IMG/VR virus record: IMGVR_UViG_3300006930_000006
Reading direction: 5' to 3' (one strand)
Length of the DNA stretch: 57,297 bases
Source: an uncultured virus (IMG/VR IMGVR_UViG_3300006930_000006)
Taxonomy: Duplodnaviria; Heunggongvirae; Uroviricota; Caudoviricetes
Below are positions 18,687 to 30,130 of this stretch, piece by piece. The translations under genes and the position numbers were made by a program. Under the pieces are notes generated by a model, which was not told where the DNA came from, searched no databases, and was given only the letters and a program-made list of their open reading frames with translations. How positions within the stretch are numbered: the first letter of the stretch is position 1; each line of letters opens with the position of its first letter.

Positions 18687-20489
18687 ATGACAGATTTACG
18701 AGTAACCGAATTAGATTTTGATACAATCAAGACCAACTTAAAGACTTTTCTAAAGTCAAAGCCAGAGTTTACTGATTATAACTTTGAAGGTGCTGGTCTA
18801 TCAGTATTATTAGATGCCTTAGCATATAATACCCACTATAATGCAATAAATGCTAATATGATTGGAAGTGAGATGTTTCTTGATACTGCACAGAATCGTT
18901 CAAGTATCGTTTCAAGAGCAAAAGAATTAAATTACTTACCTACGAGTAAGACAGCGTCTGTAGCAACATTAAGGGTAACCTTTGTGCCAGTTGGTAGTCC
19001 AAATCCTGCTGTAATTAGTAAGAATACTCAATTTAATGCAATACTTAATAACAAGAATTATCTATTCATTACAACGGAAGCCTATAACGTAGTCCCAGTC
19101 AATGATGTTTATACTGCTGATATTGATGTATATCAAGGTGGATATGCAACTTATAATTATGTTGTAGATAGTCTAAATCCTAACCAAAGATTTATTATAC
19201 CAAACAAAGATGTTGATACAAGATTCCTTTCTGTAAAGGTAAAAGATACTTCGGTGTCGGTAACTGATAGAGAATACTTATATAGTTCAAATGTGGTAAA
19301 AGATGCTATTACATCTACTTCGGAAGTTTATTATCTACAAGAGACATTTGATGGTTATTTTGAAGTAAAGTTTGGGGATGACGTTCTAGGTAGAAATCCA
19401 ACTGATGGATCTATTATAACAATAGAGTATTTAATTACTGCTGGTGCAGATGCTAATGGTATTCAAAGCTTTACGAGATTATCTACTGTAGCAGGAACAA
19501 CCAATGTTTCTATAACAGTTTTAAGTGGATCTGCTGGTGGTGCTGATATAGAGGATATAGAAAGCATTAGAACTATGGCAACAAAGTTCTATCAATCACA
19601 AAACAGGGCATTAACTACCGATGATTATTCAGTGATTATTAAAAAGAATTATCCAATCATTAAAGATGCAGTAGTCTGGGGTGGAGAAGATAATCTACCA
19701 ACTCCTGTATATGGTAAAGTATTCGTATCATTAGAACCAAACTCTGGGTATTATCTAAATGAAGTAACCAAAGCACAGATCCTAGCAGATATTAGATCTT
19801 CTTATGCGGTGGTAACTGTAAAACCAGAATACGTTGCACCAGAATATCTTTATATCAATGTAAGTTCTAATGTAAATTATAACTCAAGTGAAACAATCAA
19901 GACAGTAAGTCAATTACAGACCTTGGTAAGTTCTGCAATTACAACTTTCTTTGCTGACTTTGTGGATATCTTTAATTCAAGTGTTATTTTATCAAAGTTA
20001 AGTTCTGCTATAGACGATGCAGATACTTCAATTACTGGTAATACAACTGGAATAAGTCTTGATTACAGACTATCACCAACTACCAATGTCGCAACAAGAT
20101 ATACCGTAGACTTTGCAAATCCGGTAAAACCTGGTTTATTAACAAGTACAACTTTTAGTGTCAGTGGTGTTTCTGGATATTATTTTAGAGATGTACCAAC
20201 TGGGGTTGCTCCATATAGCACTGGTGTTATTCAAATCGTAAGATCCATTGGTGGAACTATTGAAGTATTAGATTCTGCAGCTGGAACCATTGATTATACA
20301 ACTGGTTACGTAGTATTAACTAACTTTATTACAAGTGGATTTACGGGCAGTTATATAACAATAACGAGTACCTTACTTCCAAGTGTTACCGAAGTTAATC
20401 TAACCAGTATAAATAACGAAGTAATCACGAACGGACGCAATCAGATATTAAAGTTGAATAATATCGTAGCCAATGTAGTAGCAAAATAA
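18687..20489 (+). CDS. 6: Baseplate wedge subunit (gp6)
   Basis: LDFDTIKTNLK, FTDYNFEGAGLSVLLDALAYNTHY, FGDDVLG, QNRALTTDDY, WGGED, YGKVF. Confidence 0.96.
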   Translation: MTDLRVTELDFDTIKTNLKTFLKSKPEFTDYNFEGAGLSVLLDALAYNTHYNAINANMIGSEMFLDTAQNRSSIVSRAKELNYLPTSKTASVATLRVTFVPVGSPNPAVISKNTQFNAILNNKNYLFITTEAYNVVPVNDVYTADIDVYQGGYATYNYVVDSLNPNQRFIIPNKDVDTRFLSVKVKDTSVSVTDREYLYSSNVVKDAITSTSEVYYLQETFDGYFEVKFGDDVLGRNPTDGSIITIEYLITAGADANGIQSFTRLSTVAGTTNVSITVLSGSAGGADIEDIESIRTMATKFYQSQNRALTTDDYSVIIKKNYPIIKDAVVWGGEDNLPTPVYGKVFVSLEPNSGYYLNEVTKAQILADIRSSYAVVTVKPEYVAPEYLYINVSSNVNYNSSETIKTVSQLQTLVSSAITTFFADFVDIFNSSVILSKLSSAIDDADTSITGNTTGISLDYRLSPTTNVATRYTVDFANPVKPGLLTSTTFSVSGVSGYYFRDVPTGVAPYSTGVIQIVRSIGGTIEVLDSAAGTIDYTTGYVVLTNFITSGFTGSYITITSTLLPSVTEVNLTSINNEVITNGRNQILKLNNIVANVVAK

Positions 20490-20490
20490 A

Positions 20491-22284
20491 ATGGAAACTG
20501 AGTTCTACAATCTTAAGACGGTATTTGATAGGGTTATACCAGAATTTATAAAGGATGACTCAACCAGTCTTTTCACGACTTTTCTAGAATACTATTATGA
20601 ATATCTAGATACTGTTGGTAATGCCGGTGAAAGAACTTATAATTTATTACAATACCGTGATATAGATGAGACAGATCTTACAGAATTCTTAACCTATTTT
20701 AGAAAGACTTATATTGATATTCTACCAGTAAACTATCTGGCAGATTCTTCTTTACTTATTAAAAATATCAAATCCCTATATGGAAGCAAAGGCACTGAGA
20801 AGTCCTTTAAGTTTCTATTCCGTGTATTATATAATCAAGATGTCAACTTCTATTATCCAAAAGATGATTTATTAAGACCATCAGACGGTAAGTGGGTAGT
20901 TGAAACTTCATTAAAATGCACGAATAACACAGGTAACTTTGGTGACCTAGTAAATAGACAGATAACAGGTCTAACTTCTGGAGCTACTGGTATTGTTGAA
21001 TATGCAGTTAGCTATGAGTTAGAAGGTGTAAAAATTGCAGAATTCTTTCTAAGTTCTGTGAAGGGTACATTTCTACCAGGTAGACTAATCGCTGGAACCA
21101 GCGTTGATGGAACAGTTATACAAGAACGTTCGTTTGAAGTTATATCTGGTCTTACTGTGGTAAATGGTGGATCTGGTTATAAGAAAGGTGATAAGGTTTA
21201 TATAGTTACCAACGATTCCAATATGAGTATTCTTGGATTTGGTGTAGTAACTGCATTGCAATCTTCACCGATTAGTTCTATTGGGGTTCTTAATGGTGGT
21301 AGTAATTATAATGGCAACTACAAGATAGTAACCACATTAAACAATCTACCAATGAATTCTGTATATAATAACCAAGTTTTACTTAATCAGGTTGTATCTG
21401 GTCTAACTTCTACCGATATTGATTATCTAAACTTACCAATGAATTCTACTATAACCTCAACTATTATAAATGGAACTGGGGATATTGTATCTATCATAGA
21501 CAATCCTGGATCCACTGGTAACGGTGCAACTGCTGTGGTTGATGTTGTTGATAATGCTGGTGCTATTATAACAGTAAAACTAATATCAGCTGGTAAGTCC
21601 TATGAGACTCCAACAGCAACGGTAACTTCTGCAACTGGAACTGGTGCTATCTTATCCGTATCAGGTGGAACTTCTGCAATATCAAGTGTAGTTGTACAAA
21701 ATCCAGCACCTATTCTGACCGGTAATATAAATGATTATACAACGGATACAATAGGTTATGGTAATAATAATGCCACATTTTCCTTTACAACATCAGCATT
21801 AGTATCATATCCCGGTAAATGGTTAACCGATGATAGTAAATTAGATTCTACAAAGAAACTACAAGATAACGAATACTGGCAAGAATACTCTTATGTATTG
21901 AAATCTGAGTTAGATACTGCAACTTTCGCAGATGCAGTTAAGCCAACAGTGCATCCTGCTGGTATGAAGATGTTTGGTGAAGTAAATTACACTCGTGTTT
22001 TATATACGCCAATAACATTAGAATCTATTACTGGTAATACAGATCTTATATTCTTTACAAGTAATGTAAATCTATATCCAGTTGAGATAAACTACTTTAC
22101 AGAAATTGAAACGCAAATAGAAAGACCAACTTATCTTTATGAATTAACAATAGACGAAGTTATACAGATATATGGTCCTGATATTGCTACTATTGCAACA
22201 TTGACACCAGGAACAGCAGTTACTACTCCAACTATGGATAGTATGCAACCGAACATTAGAGGTAATTATATTTCTATTACATAG
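20491..22284 (+). CDS. Baseplate wedge initiator (gp7-like)
   Basis: IPEFI, FLEYYYEYL, LYGSKGTEKSFKFLFRVLY, LQDNEYWQEYSYVLKS, VHPAGMKMFG; lies between gp6 and gp8. Confidence 0.85.
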   Translation: METEFYNLKTVFDRVIPEFIKDDSTSLFTTFLEYYYEYLDTVGNAGERTYNLLQYRDIDETDLTEFLTYFRKTYIDILPVNYLADSSLLIKNIKSLYGSKGTEKSFKFLFRVLYNQDVNFYYPKDDLLRPSDGKWVVETSLKCTNNTGNFGDLVNRQITGLTSGATGIVEYAVSYELEGVKIAEFFLSSVKGTFLPGRLIAGTSVDGTVIQERSFEVISGLTVVNGGSGYKKGDKVYIVTNDSNMSILGFGVVTALQSSPISSIGVLNGGSNYNGNYKIVTTLNNLPMNSVYNNQVLLNQVVSGLTSTDIDYLNLPMNSTITSTIINGTGDIVSIIDNPGSTGNGATAVVDVVDNAGAIITVKLISAGKSYETPTATVTSATGTGAILSVSGGTSAISSVVVQNPAPILTGNINDYTTDTIGYGNNNATFSFTTSALVSYPGKWLTDDSKLDSTKKLQDNEYWQEYSYVLKSELDTATFADAVKPTVHPAGMKMFGEVNYTRVLYTPITLESITGNTDLIFFTSNVNLYPVEINYFTEIETQIERPTYLYELTIDEVIQIYGPDIATIATLTPGTAVTTPTMDSMQPNIRGNYISIT

Positions 22285-22292
22285 TATAAATA
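22285..22292 (+). promoter_or_regulatory. Late promoter upstream of gp8
   Basis: Intergenic TATAAATA. Confidence 0.8.
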
Positions 22293-22322
22293 TAAGAGAT
22301 ATTATAACAAAGAGGACTCAAG

Positions 22323-23177
22323 ATGAGTACAATTATTAAAGAAAATTATAAAGTAAAAACAGCATTTGACTTTGTTAGTTCGGTAACAAGAACAACACCT
22401 AGTCCAGATATCCTATATGCTGGTATTGGTAAAAATACTGCTTGGTCAAATGAAGCTTCACCTGATACTGCGGTAGATTCCGTAGCAACAGAAGTAGCAT
22501 TAAGACAAGCAACGTTGGGTATTAAGAAAGTTACTAGTGCTGATATTTGTTTGGTTATTCAAAGAATTAACTGGACAACTGGAACGACTTACGATGCTTA
22601 TACTGATAGCACAACAAGTTTATTCGGTAGCAACTTTTATGTATTGACCGATGATTACAATGTTTATAAATGCATTAGTAATAATGGATCTGCACCATCA
22701 ACTGTAAAACCAACTGGAACTTTAACTACAACGATTACCACTGCTGATGGTTATCAATGGAAGTTTATGTACGATTTAGGACCAGCTGTAGCAACCAATT
22801 TCTTGGTTACTGATTGGTTACCAGTTCCTACTGGAACACAAAAAACGGCACAACAACTAGCAGTAGAAGCTGCTGCAACTTATGCAAGTGGATCTCCAAT
22901 CGGTGGACACGGTAAGAATGCTGCTTTGGAACTTGGTGCTTCAACTGTGATGGTAAGATATACCTTTGTTGGAAATGAGATGCCAATAGATACATTTAGA
23001 CAAGTATTCTTGTGGTCAAATCCATTAGATAATTCTGCAGTTGCCTTGACAGGTGATACTTATGTGGCTGCTGATTATGATTTATTAAGTGGAACTATCT
23101 TATATTCTGAAAATAGAACATCTATTACTAGATCTACAAGCCAAACGGAAACAATCCACTTGGTAGTTGATTATTAG
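22323..23177 (+). CDS. 8: Baseplate wedge subunit (gp8)
   Basis: RINWTTGTTYD, FYVLTDDYNVYKCISN, DGYQWKFMY, GGHG, SGTILYSENR. Confidence 0.92.
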   Translation: MSTIIKENYKVKTAFDFVSSVTRTTPSPDILYAGIGKNTAWSNEASPDTAVDSVATEVALRQATLGIKKVTSADICLVIQRINWTTGTTYDAYTDSTTSLFGSNFYVLTDDYNVYKCISNNGSAPSTVKPTGTLTTTITTADGYQWKFMYDLGPAVATNFLVTDWLPVPTGTQKTAQQLAVEAAATYASGSPIGGHGKNAALELGASTVMVRYTFVGNEMPIDTFRQVFLWSNPLDNSAVALTGDTYVAADYDLLSGTILYSENRTSITRSTSQTETIHLVVDY

Positions 23178-23194
23178 AAATTAAAGGATAAACA

Positions 23195-26100
23195 ATGACT
23201 ATTAATCTTAATACAGATCCATACTTTGACGATTACTCTGAGACGAAAGATTTTATCAAAATACCTTTCAAACCAGGTGTAGCAGTTCAAGCACGGGAAC
23301 TAACACAAATACAAGATATTCTTCAGAAACAAATTGAAAGATTTGGTAATCATATATTCAAAGAAGGAAGTATGGTTATTCCTGGTGAGATTAGTGTAGA
23401 CCTTACTTATAAGTATTTGAAATTACAACCACAATATAGTGGTTCTGATATTGATACAGCAGACTTTTTGGATACACTTATTATTGGTAAGACCTCTGGT
23501 GCTTCTGCTCGTGTAGTTGCAGTGTCAGCTGCTGACTTAACAGATCCAAATACATTATTCATAAAATATGCTTCCGGTGATAGTGTTAAGACTGTAGCAG
23601 TTAATACAGTATCAGGATCCAATAAGATTACAAGTTCTGTTGATATTCTAAGCACATTTATTGTTGGTGCAACTATTACGGGAACTGGCATACCAGCTAA
23701 TACATCAATCACAGCAGTTAATACTAGTCTTAATGAAGTTACTATTTCAAACAATGCAACTGCTTCTGCTACTGGTATTACAGCAACATTGACAACGGCA
23801 TCTGTTTTTTCTAATAACGAAAATATCGTTGTAGTAGATGAAACACTCGGAATTGAAAGTGCAACAATAGCAACGACTTATGCTTCAGCTGCAACTGGAA
23901 CTGGTTCTGCCGTAACTATCAATGATGGTATATACTTTTCACAAGGTTACTTTTTAAGAGTTGCAAAACAGACTTTAATCCTTGAAAAATACAGTGCAAC
24001 ACCATCATATAAAGTTGGTTTATTCCTAGACGAAAGTTTAGTAACTGCTTCAGATGATAGTTCATTAAACGATCCAGCAAGTGGTTATTCAAACTTCAAT
24101 GCTCCTGGTGCTGATAGACTTAAAATTGAATTAACCTTAGCTAAGTATGCTTTAACAGCAACTCTTGGTGATGGATTTATTGAATTACTTCGTATTGATA
24201 CCGGTGTTATACAAGAACTAGTTGTTAGAACACAATACTCAGAATTAGAAAAGACCTTAGCTCGTAGAACTTATGATGAGTCTGGTGATTATACAGTAAG
24301 AGCATTCCCGATTGAAATTCGTGAGCATCTAAACGATACTACCAATCGTGGTATCTATACAGTTGCTCAAGGTGGAGATGCTACAAAGTTGGCTATTGGA
24401 TTGGAACCTGGTAAAGCTTATGTAAAAGGTTATGAGATTGAGAAGATATCTACAACCTACGTAGCAACCGATAAAGGACGTTCTACCAAGTCAGTATCCA
24501 ATTCAGTTATACCAGTAACTTATGGAACTTATTGTTTAGTCAATACAACCAAAGGAACTTTTAATATCAGTGCTTTTGATACAGTTCTTTTGAAAAATGC
24601 TGTGCATAATGGAACTGATACTTCAGCTGGTACCCAAGTTGGTACTGCAAAAGTAAAAGGTTGGCAATATGTAAGTGGAACTATTGGTTCTTCTGCAATC
24701 TACAAGTTATTCCTTTATGATATTGTAATGACTGGGTCTTATGTATTTGCTACCGATGTAAAATCCATTGTAAAAGCTGGCACTCCTAATATGCTAACCG
24801 ATACAGTTTTGACCGGTGGTGAAGCATTACTTTTTGATAATAGTATCAATACAAACTTGGTACAATTACCAAACTCAGTTATTAAAACTGTAAAACCATC
24901 TGGCTCAAGTGATACATCATATAAGATTATGAGATTTTATACAGGTGCCTTGACTGGTGGGGTTATTACTTTAACAGCAGGAACCAATGAGATCTTTTCT
25001 AGTTATTCAGCATTAAGATATCGTTTAACAAAATCTGATGGAACCGTAGTAGATTTAGCTGGATCTGGTAACTCTGTTGTACTAGGTGGTTCTCCAACTG
25101 GTAAACAAGTTACTATTACAGTATCTGGTGGTGGAACTGATACAGTTAGAATTCTTGCAACATTGACCAAATCTTCTGTAGCAGAAAAGACCAAAACATT
25201 TACCAATAGAGTTCAAACTGGATTGGCTTCCGGGTCATCTGTAGCATTAGATCGTGCCGATATATTCCAAATCAATTCTATTATGTCTGGTGCTATTGAT
25301 GTAACCGATAGATTTACCTTAGATAATGGTCAAAGAGATAATACATACGAACTTGGAGCATTATACTTAAAATCTGGCGCAACCAATCCTGGTGGAACTT
25401 TAGATGTTGATTATGATTACTTTGAGCACGGTGCTGGGGATTACTTCTCGGTAGATTCTTATGCTGGTGTAATTGATTATGCAGATATCCCAGTTTATAC
25501 TGGATCTAATGGTATTACATATAATCTAAGAGATTGTTTAGACTTTAGGCCAAGACAAAATAATACAGGATCTGGTTACTCAGTTTTATCAGAACTTATT
25601 GTAAGTGGTGAAGATGTTAGTGTAAGCTATGAATACTACTTACCAAGAATAGACAAAGTATACCTTGATTTATCAGGCAATTTTGGTGTTATACAAGGCA
25701 ATCCTTCAGATACACCATCAGCTCCTAGTGCTCCAGATACTGCAATGGGTTTATATGATGTTTTAATACCTCCATATACTTTTGCAACGACAGACGTAGC
25801 AGCTTCTATTATTGAAAATAAAAGATACACTATGCGAGATATTGGTAAGATTGAAAAACGTGTCCAGAATCTTGAATACTATGTGTCTTTATCATTATTA
25901 GAAAAAGAAACTGCTGAGTTGTTTATTGATGATGGTACCGGTGTTAACCGCTTTAAGAACGGATTCGTTGTAGATAACTTTACAACCACACAAGTAGCAG
26001 ATTATAATGACGCAGATTATAAAGCATCTATTGATATTGAAAAACAAACATTAAGACCAAACTTCTATACTGGTAATATCAAATTAGAATATAATGCTTC

Positions 26101-28390
26101 TAGTTCTGCAAACGTTCAGTTAACTGGTGATATTTTAACTTTACCATATACACCAATAGCTTATATCACACAAGACCAAGCTTCTGGTTATATCAATATC
26201 AATCCGTATGACGTATTATTCTACAAAGGTTCAATGACAATTAGTCCATCTTCAGATGATTGGAAAGATACTTCACGTGCTTCTGATGTTGTTATAACAG
26301 AAAACGTAACCAATCTTGGTGGACAAGCAGATTACGCTGCTGGTAAAAATGAGATCTTTAATATCAACGGACATCCAATCTGGGGTGAGTGGAAACAATT
26401 CTGGTTTGGTAGTTCTGATGTAAGTGGTAGCAGCCGTTCTAAACAGTTGATAACCAATTCTTTAAGTGCTGTGCAAGCATTAGGAACTGGAGCAACTTGG
26501 GAAAGAACTGGTTATGCTCAGATATCAGTATCTAACAGACAAGTAATCAATGATAAGATCCTAAGCTCAACCGCAATTCCTTATATGAGAAGCAATACTA
26601 TTAGCTTCACGGCAACTGGATTGAAACCAAGTACTCGTGTTTATGGATTCTTTGACGGTGTAGCAGTTGATGGATATATTACCCCAACGGGTCAAGCACT
26701 TAGTACACCAATGGTAACCGATACTTCGGGATCTATTAGTGGAACCTTTACAATACCAAACACCGATACGGTAAGATTTAGAACCGGAACGAAGATGTTT
26801 AGATTGTCAGATTCTTATATTGGTGATGTATCTGCTGAAGAAACTAATGCAGAAGCTGGTTATACGGCATCTGGTATATTAGAAACACGTCAAGCAGATG
26901 TAATATCAACAAGGGTAACTTTGAATGGTCAATACTTAGATCCATTAGCTCAATCATTTATGGTAACTACTGTCGGTGGTGCTTTTATCAGTAAAGTTGA
27001 TGTATTCTTTGCTTCTAAGGATAGTAAGAATATACCAGTTACTTTACAAATTAGAAATATGGTAAACGGAACACCTGGATCTACTATCGTGCCAATGTCA
27101 ACAGTAACTTTATTACCTGCTTCAGTTAATACAAGCACAGATGGAACGGTAGCAACAACATTTACTTTTGAAGGACCAGTCTACTTACAAGAAGGACAAG
27201 AATACGCAATCACGTTATTAAGTACTTCAAATGAGTACAATGTATGGATTGCTACTATGGGTGAAAGACAATACCAAACAGACCAGATAATTTCTAAACA
27301 ACCTTATCTTGGTGTCTTATTCAAAAGTTCAAATGCTTCTACCTGGACAGAAGACCAATTAAGTGACTTGAAGTTTACTTTATATCGTTGTCAATTTAAT
27401 ACTTCGGTAACTGGAACTGCGGTTCTTGAAAATGAAGCTGTACCAGTAGTAACCTTAGGGTCCAATCCATTACTAACAGCTAATGCTTCTAACATTGTAG
27501 AAGTAACTCATACCAACCACGGAATGCAAAATGGTGATAAAGTAACCTTAGCTGGTGCAACTGCAACTAATAACATACCAGCAACGGAACTTAATGCTTC
27601 ACATACAATAGCTAACGTATTACAAAATAGTTATACTATTACAGTAACTACGAATGCTAATGCTACTGGTGTTGGTGGTGGAACTGCAATAACAGCAACC
27701 GAAAATAAACCTTTGGATTCTATGTATATTGGATGCCAGAATCTAGTATTTAATGATACTAGTTTAACTTTCACTGGTAAACTAACAACCAATGGATATG
27801 TAAAAGATACCACAGCAAGAGCATTGATTGTAAATGATACTATTGATAACGATGATGAATACATTATCGCAAGTTCAATCAATGAAACAACAAGCTTAAG
27901 TGGTAATAAATCCTTTGAGATAACTGGTACATTTACTTCTGATTTAGATAATATCAGTCCAGTTATTGACTTACAAAGAACTTCTGTAGTAAGTATTGGT
28001 AATATCATCAATAATGATTACACCAATGAAGATACAGCAGTAGCAGGAAATGCCTTGGCTAGATACTTTACAAAACGAGTAAACCTAACCAGCCCAGCAA
28101 ATGCTCTACGTGTTTATTTTAGTGCATTAAGACCAAACGCTGCTGATATTAAAGTTTACTATAGAATCTTAAAAGATGATAACAGTGGTAAGTTCTCAGA
28201 TGTAGCTTGGACGGCAATGACTGCTGCAATAACAACTCCAAAGTCTGATACTACAATAAAAGATTATGAATACTATGCAGATAGTTTACCTGGTTTCTCA
28301 ATCTTTGCTATTAAGTTGGTAATGGTTACTTCAAATACAGCTGATGTACCATTGATTAAAGATTTCAGAGCAGTTGCTACGGGGTCTTAA
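23195..28390 (+). CDS. Large virion structural protein, VrlC/DUF4815-like
   Basis: NLNTDPYFDDY, FKPGVAVQARELTQIQ, APGADRLK, RTYDESGDY, RYTMRDIGKIEKRV, DPLAQSF. Confidence 0.88.
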   Translation: MTINLNTDPYFDDYSETKDFIKIPFKPGVAVQARELTQIQDILQKQIERFGNHIFKEGSMVIPGEISVDLTYKYLKLQPQYSGSDIDTADFLDTLIIGKTSGASARVVAVSAADLTDPNTLFIKYASGDSVKTVAVNTVSGSNKITSSVDILSTFIVGATITGTGIPANTSITAVNTSLNEVTISNNATASATGITATLTTASVFSNNENIVVVDETLGIESATIATTYASAATGTGSAVTINDGIYFSQGYFLRVAKQTLILEKYSATPSYKVGLFLDESLVTASDDSSLNDPASGYSNFNAPGADRLKIELTLAKYALTATLGDGFIELLRIDTGVIQELVVRTQYSELEKTLARRTYDESGDYTVRAFPIEIREHLNDTTNRGIYTVAQGGDATKLAIGLEPGKAYVKGYEIEKISTTYVATDKGRSTKSVSNSVIPVTYGTYCLVNTTKGTFNISAFDTVLLKNAVHNGTDTSAGTQVGTAKVKGWQYVSGTIGSSAIYKLFLYDIVMTGSYVFATDVKSIVKAGTPNMLTDTVLTGGEALLFDNSINTNLVQLPNSVIKTVKPSGSSDTSYKIMRFYTGALTGGVITLTAGTNEIFSSYSALRYRLTKSDGTVVDLAGSGNSVVLGGSPTGKQVTITVSGGGTDTVRILATLTKSSVAEKTKTFTNRVQTGLASGSSVALDRADIFQINSIMSGAIDVTDRFTLDNGQRDNTYELGALYLKSGATNPGGTLDVDYDYFEHGAGDYFSVDSYAGVIDYADIPVYTGSNGITYNLRDCLDFRPRQNNTGSGYSVLSELIVSGEDVSVSYEYYLPRIDKVYLDLSGNFGVIQGNPSDTPSAPSAPDTAMGLYDVLIPPYTFATTDVAASIIENKRYTMRDIGKIEKRVQNLEYYVSLSLLEKETAELFIDDGTGVNRFKNGFVVDNFTTTQVADYNDADYKASIDIEKQTLRPNFYTGNIKLEYNASSSANVQLTGDILTLPYTPIAYITQDQASGYININPYDVLFYKGSMTISPSSDDWKDTSRASDVVITENVTNLGGQADYAAGKNEIFNINGHPIWGEWKQFWFGSSDVSGSSRSKQLITNSLSAVQALGTGATWERTGYAQISVSNRQVINDKILSSTAIPYMRSNTISFTATGLKPSTRVYGFFDGVAVDGYITPTGQALSTPMVTDTSGSISGTFTIPNTDTVRFRTGTKMFRLSDSYIGDVSAEETNAEAGYTASGILETRQADVISTRVTLNGQYLDPLAQSFMVTTVGGAFISKVDVFFASKDSKNIPVTLQIRNMVNGTPGSTIVPMSTVTLLPASVNTSTDGTVATTFTFEGPVYLQEGQEYAITLLSTSNEYNVWIATMGERQYQTDQIISKQPYLGVLFKSSNASTWTEDQLSDLKFTLYRCQFNTSVTGTAVLENEAVPVVTLGSNPLLTANASNIVEVTHTNHGMQNGDKVTLAGATATNNIPATELNASHTIANVLQNSYTITVTTNANATGVGGGTAITATENKPLDSMYIGCQNLVFNDTSLTFTGKLTTNGYVKDTTARALIVNDTIDNDDEYIIASSINETTSLSGNKSFEITGTFTSDLDNISPVIDLQRTSVVSIGNIINNDYTNEDTAVAGNALARYFTKRVNLTSPANALRVYFSALRPNAADIKVYYRILKDDNSGKFSDVAWTAMTAAITTPKSDTTIKDYEYYADSLPGFSIFAIKLVMVTSNTADVPLIKDFRAVATGS

Positions 28391-28391
28391 A

Positions 28392-28595
28392 ATGAAGATT
28401 AAAATAGATAATGAATTAGTAAGAGATACTGACAGCTTCGCAGTTATAAATAGTAACAGAAGCAAGTTAGAGCAAGCAAAAGAGCAGAAGTATAGAAGAC
28501 TGCAAAATATGAATAGATTAGACCGCTTAGAAAATGAAATGACCGAAATCAAAGCTCTTTTGCAAGCTATCACAAAAAAGATGGATAAGAAATGA
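28392..28595 (+). CDS. Small conserved coiled-coil protein following VrlC-like gene
   Basis: ATG at 28392; LVRDTDSFAVIN ... LENEMTEIKALL. Confidence 0.75.
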   Translation: MKIKIDNELVRDTDSFAVINSNRSKLEQAKEQKYRRLQNMNRLDRLENEMTEIKALLQAITKKMDKK

Positions 28596-29356
28596 CAATA
28601 AACATAGCTTTACAAACTGATACTTTTGAGACTTGGAGACTTCGTCTTAATGATACTATTGCTTTTGCTAATGCAGTAGGATCCGCAAGTGCAGTAACCA
28701 TAACCGGTGGATCTATATCCAGTTGTGCAATAACAGGTGGTTCTATCAATGGAACTACTATTGGTGCAACATCAAGAAGCTCTGGTGCATTTACAACATT
28801 AAGTTTGAATACGGCATTAAGTATTGCTAATGGTGGAACTGGTGGTAATACAGCAGAAACAGCAAGATCTGGTTTAGGACTTGGAACTTTAGCAGAACAG
28901 AACTCAAATAATGTAAGTATAACCGGTGGATCTATAACAGGTATTAGTCCTATTACAATATCCAATGGTGGAACTGGTGCTGGTAATGCTTCAGATGCAA
29001 GAGTTAATCTTGGTCTTGGTAATATGGCAACTCAGAATGCTAATAACGTAGCAATAACTGGTGGTAGTATTGATGGTGTATCTATTGGAACTGGAGTAAC
29101 TGGTTTATTTAGAGATCCAATGACAGCTGCTTATGACATTGTTTATCGTGATGGAACCAATATTTCTAATAAATTAGCAAAAGGATCTGCTGGAACTTCT
29201 CTACGTGTTAATAATTCAAATGTACTTGGATATGGTGGTGCTATTCTTATTGAAGAGCAAAATGCATCTACCAACTATAAAATGTGGGTAGGTAGTTTGG
29301 CTCAGTATAATGCTATTGGAACGAAAGACAGTACAACACTTTACTTTGTAATATAG
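28592..29356 (+). CDS. Fibre-like structural protein with Gly-rich repeats
   Basis: N-terminal TDTFETWR anchor motif; repeats ITGGSI and GGTG...AR..LGLG..A.QN.NNV.ITGGSI. Confidence 0.75.
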   Translation: MTINIALQTDTFETWRLRLNDTIAFANAVGSASAVTITGGSISSCAITGGSINGTTIGATSRSSGAFTTLSLNTALSIANGGTGGNTAETARSGLGLGTLAEQNSNNVSITGGSITGISPITISNGGTGAGNASDARVNLGLGNMATQNANNVAITGGSIDGVSIGTGVTGLFRDPMTAAYDIVYRDGTNISNKLAKGSAGTSLRVNNSNVLGYGGAILIEEQNASTNYKMWVGSLAQYNAIGTKDSTTLYFVI

Positions 29357-29364
29357 GATTTGAT

Positions 29365-30120
29365 ATGCTAAAACAAGGTACTAATTCTGTAAGACTTTAC
29401 CAAGGAACTAATACGGTTAGAAGAGTTTATCAAGGAACGTCTTTGGTTTATTCTTCATTTCCAGCTATAGATGGATTAGTATCATACTTCAAATTGGATT
29501 CTAATGCTGATAATAGTGTAAATGCTTCTTATAATGGTACTGCATCTAATATATCTTGGATAGCCGGTAAAATTGGAACAGCTGCTAGTTTTAATGGTTC
29601 AAATAGTTTAATATCTTCAACTCAACCAAATGTAACTAATAATTTTGCTTATTCATTGTGGGTTTATCCGGGATCTAATATCACTATTGCCTCAGAAGCA
29701 AATCTTGGTACCTCTGGACAGACTGGCCAAAAATATGTTATTGGACCAGTAAATGGTGGTAATTCTTATGAAGGAATGGGTATATCTGTAGGTGGTAATG
29801 GTGTACAAATAGTATCTCACTGGACTGGTAATATACCAGTATTATTAAGTTATTCTGCTTCTATGCCAAATACTTGGTTCCACATTGTAGTTAACTGTAC
29901 AAATAGACAACCATCTTTATATATAAATAATGTACTGGTAAGAACAGGATTGACAGCGTATACTTCAGCAGTTAGTGGTAGTTTAACATATTTGGGTAAT
30001 ACATATCCTGCTTATGGTCCTTATCAAGGATACGCAGATGAAGTTGCTTGTTTTAACAGAGTTTTAACAACATCAGAAATATCTGAGTTATATAACGGTG
30101 GAAGTGGTATAACATATTAG
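29365..30120 (+). CDS. LamG/concanavalin-A-like lectin domain protein (receptor-binding candidate)
   Basis: GLVSYFKLD, GKIGTAASFNG, SLWV, WFHIV, LYINN, GYADEVACFNRVLTTSEISELYN. Confidence 0.82.
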   Translation: MLKQGTNSVRLYQGTNTVRRVYQGTSLVYSSFPAIDGLVSYFKLDSNADNSVNASYNGTASNISWIAGKIGTAASFNGSNSLISSTQPNVTNNFAYSLWVYPGSNITIASEANLGTSGQTGQKYVIGPVNGGNSYEGMGISVGGNGVQIVSHWTGNIPVLLSYSASMPNTWFHIVVNCTNRQPSLYINNVLVRTGLTAYTSAVSGSLTYLGNTYPAYGPYQGYADEVACFNRVLTTSEISELYNGGSGITY

Positions 30121-30130
30121 GAATTAAGAA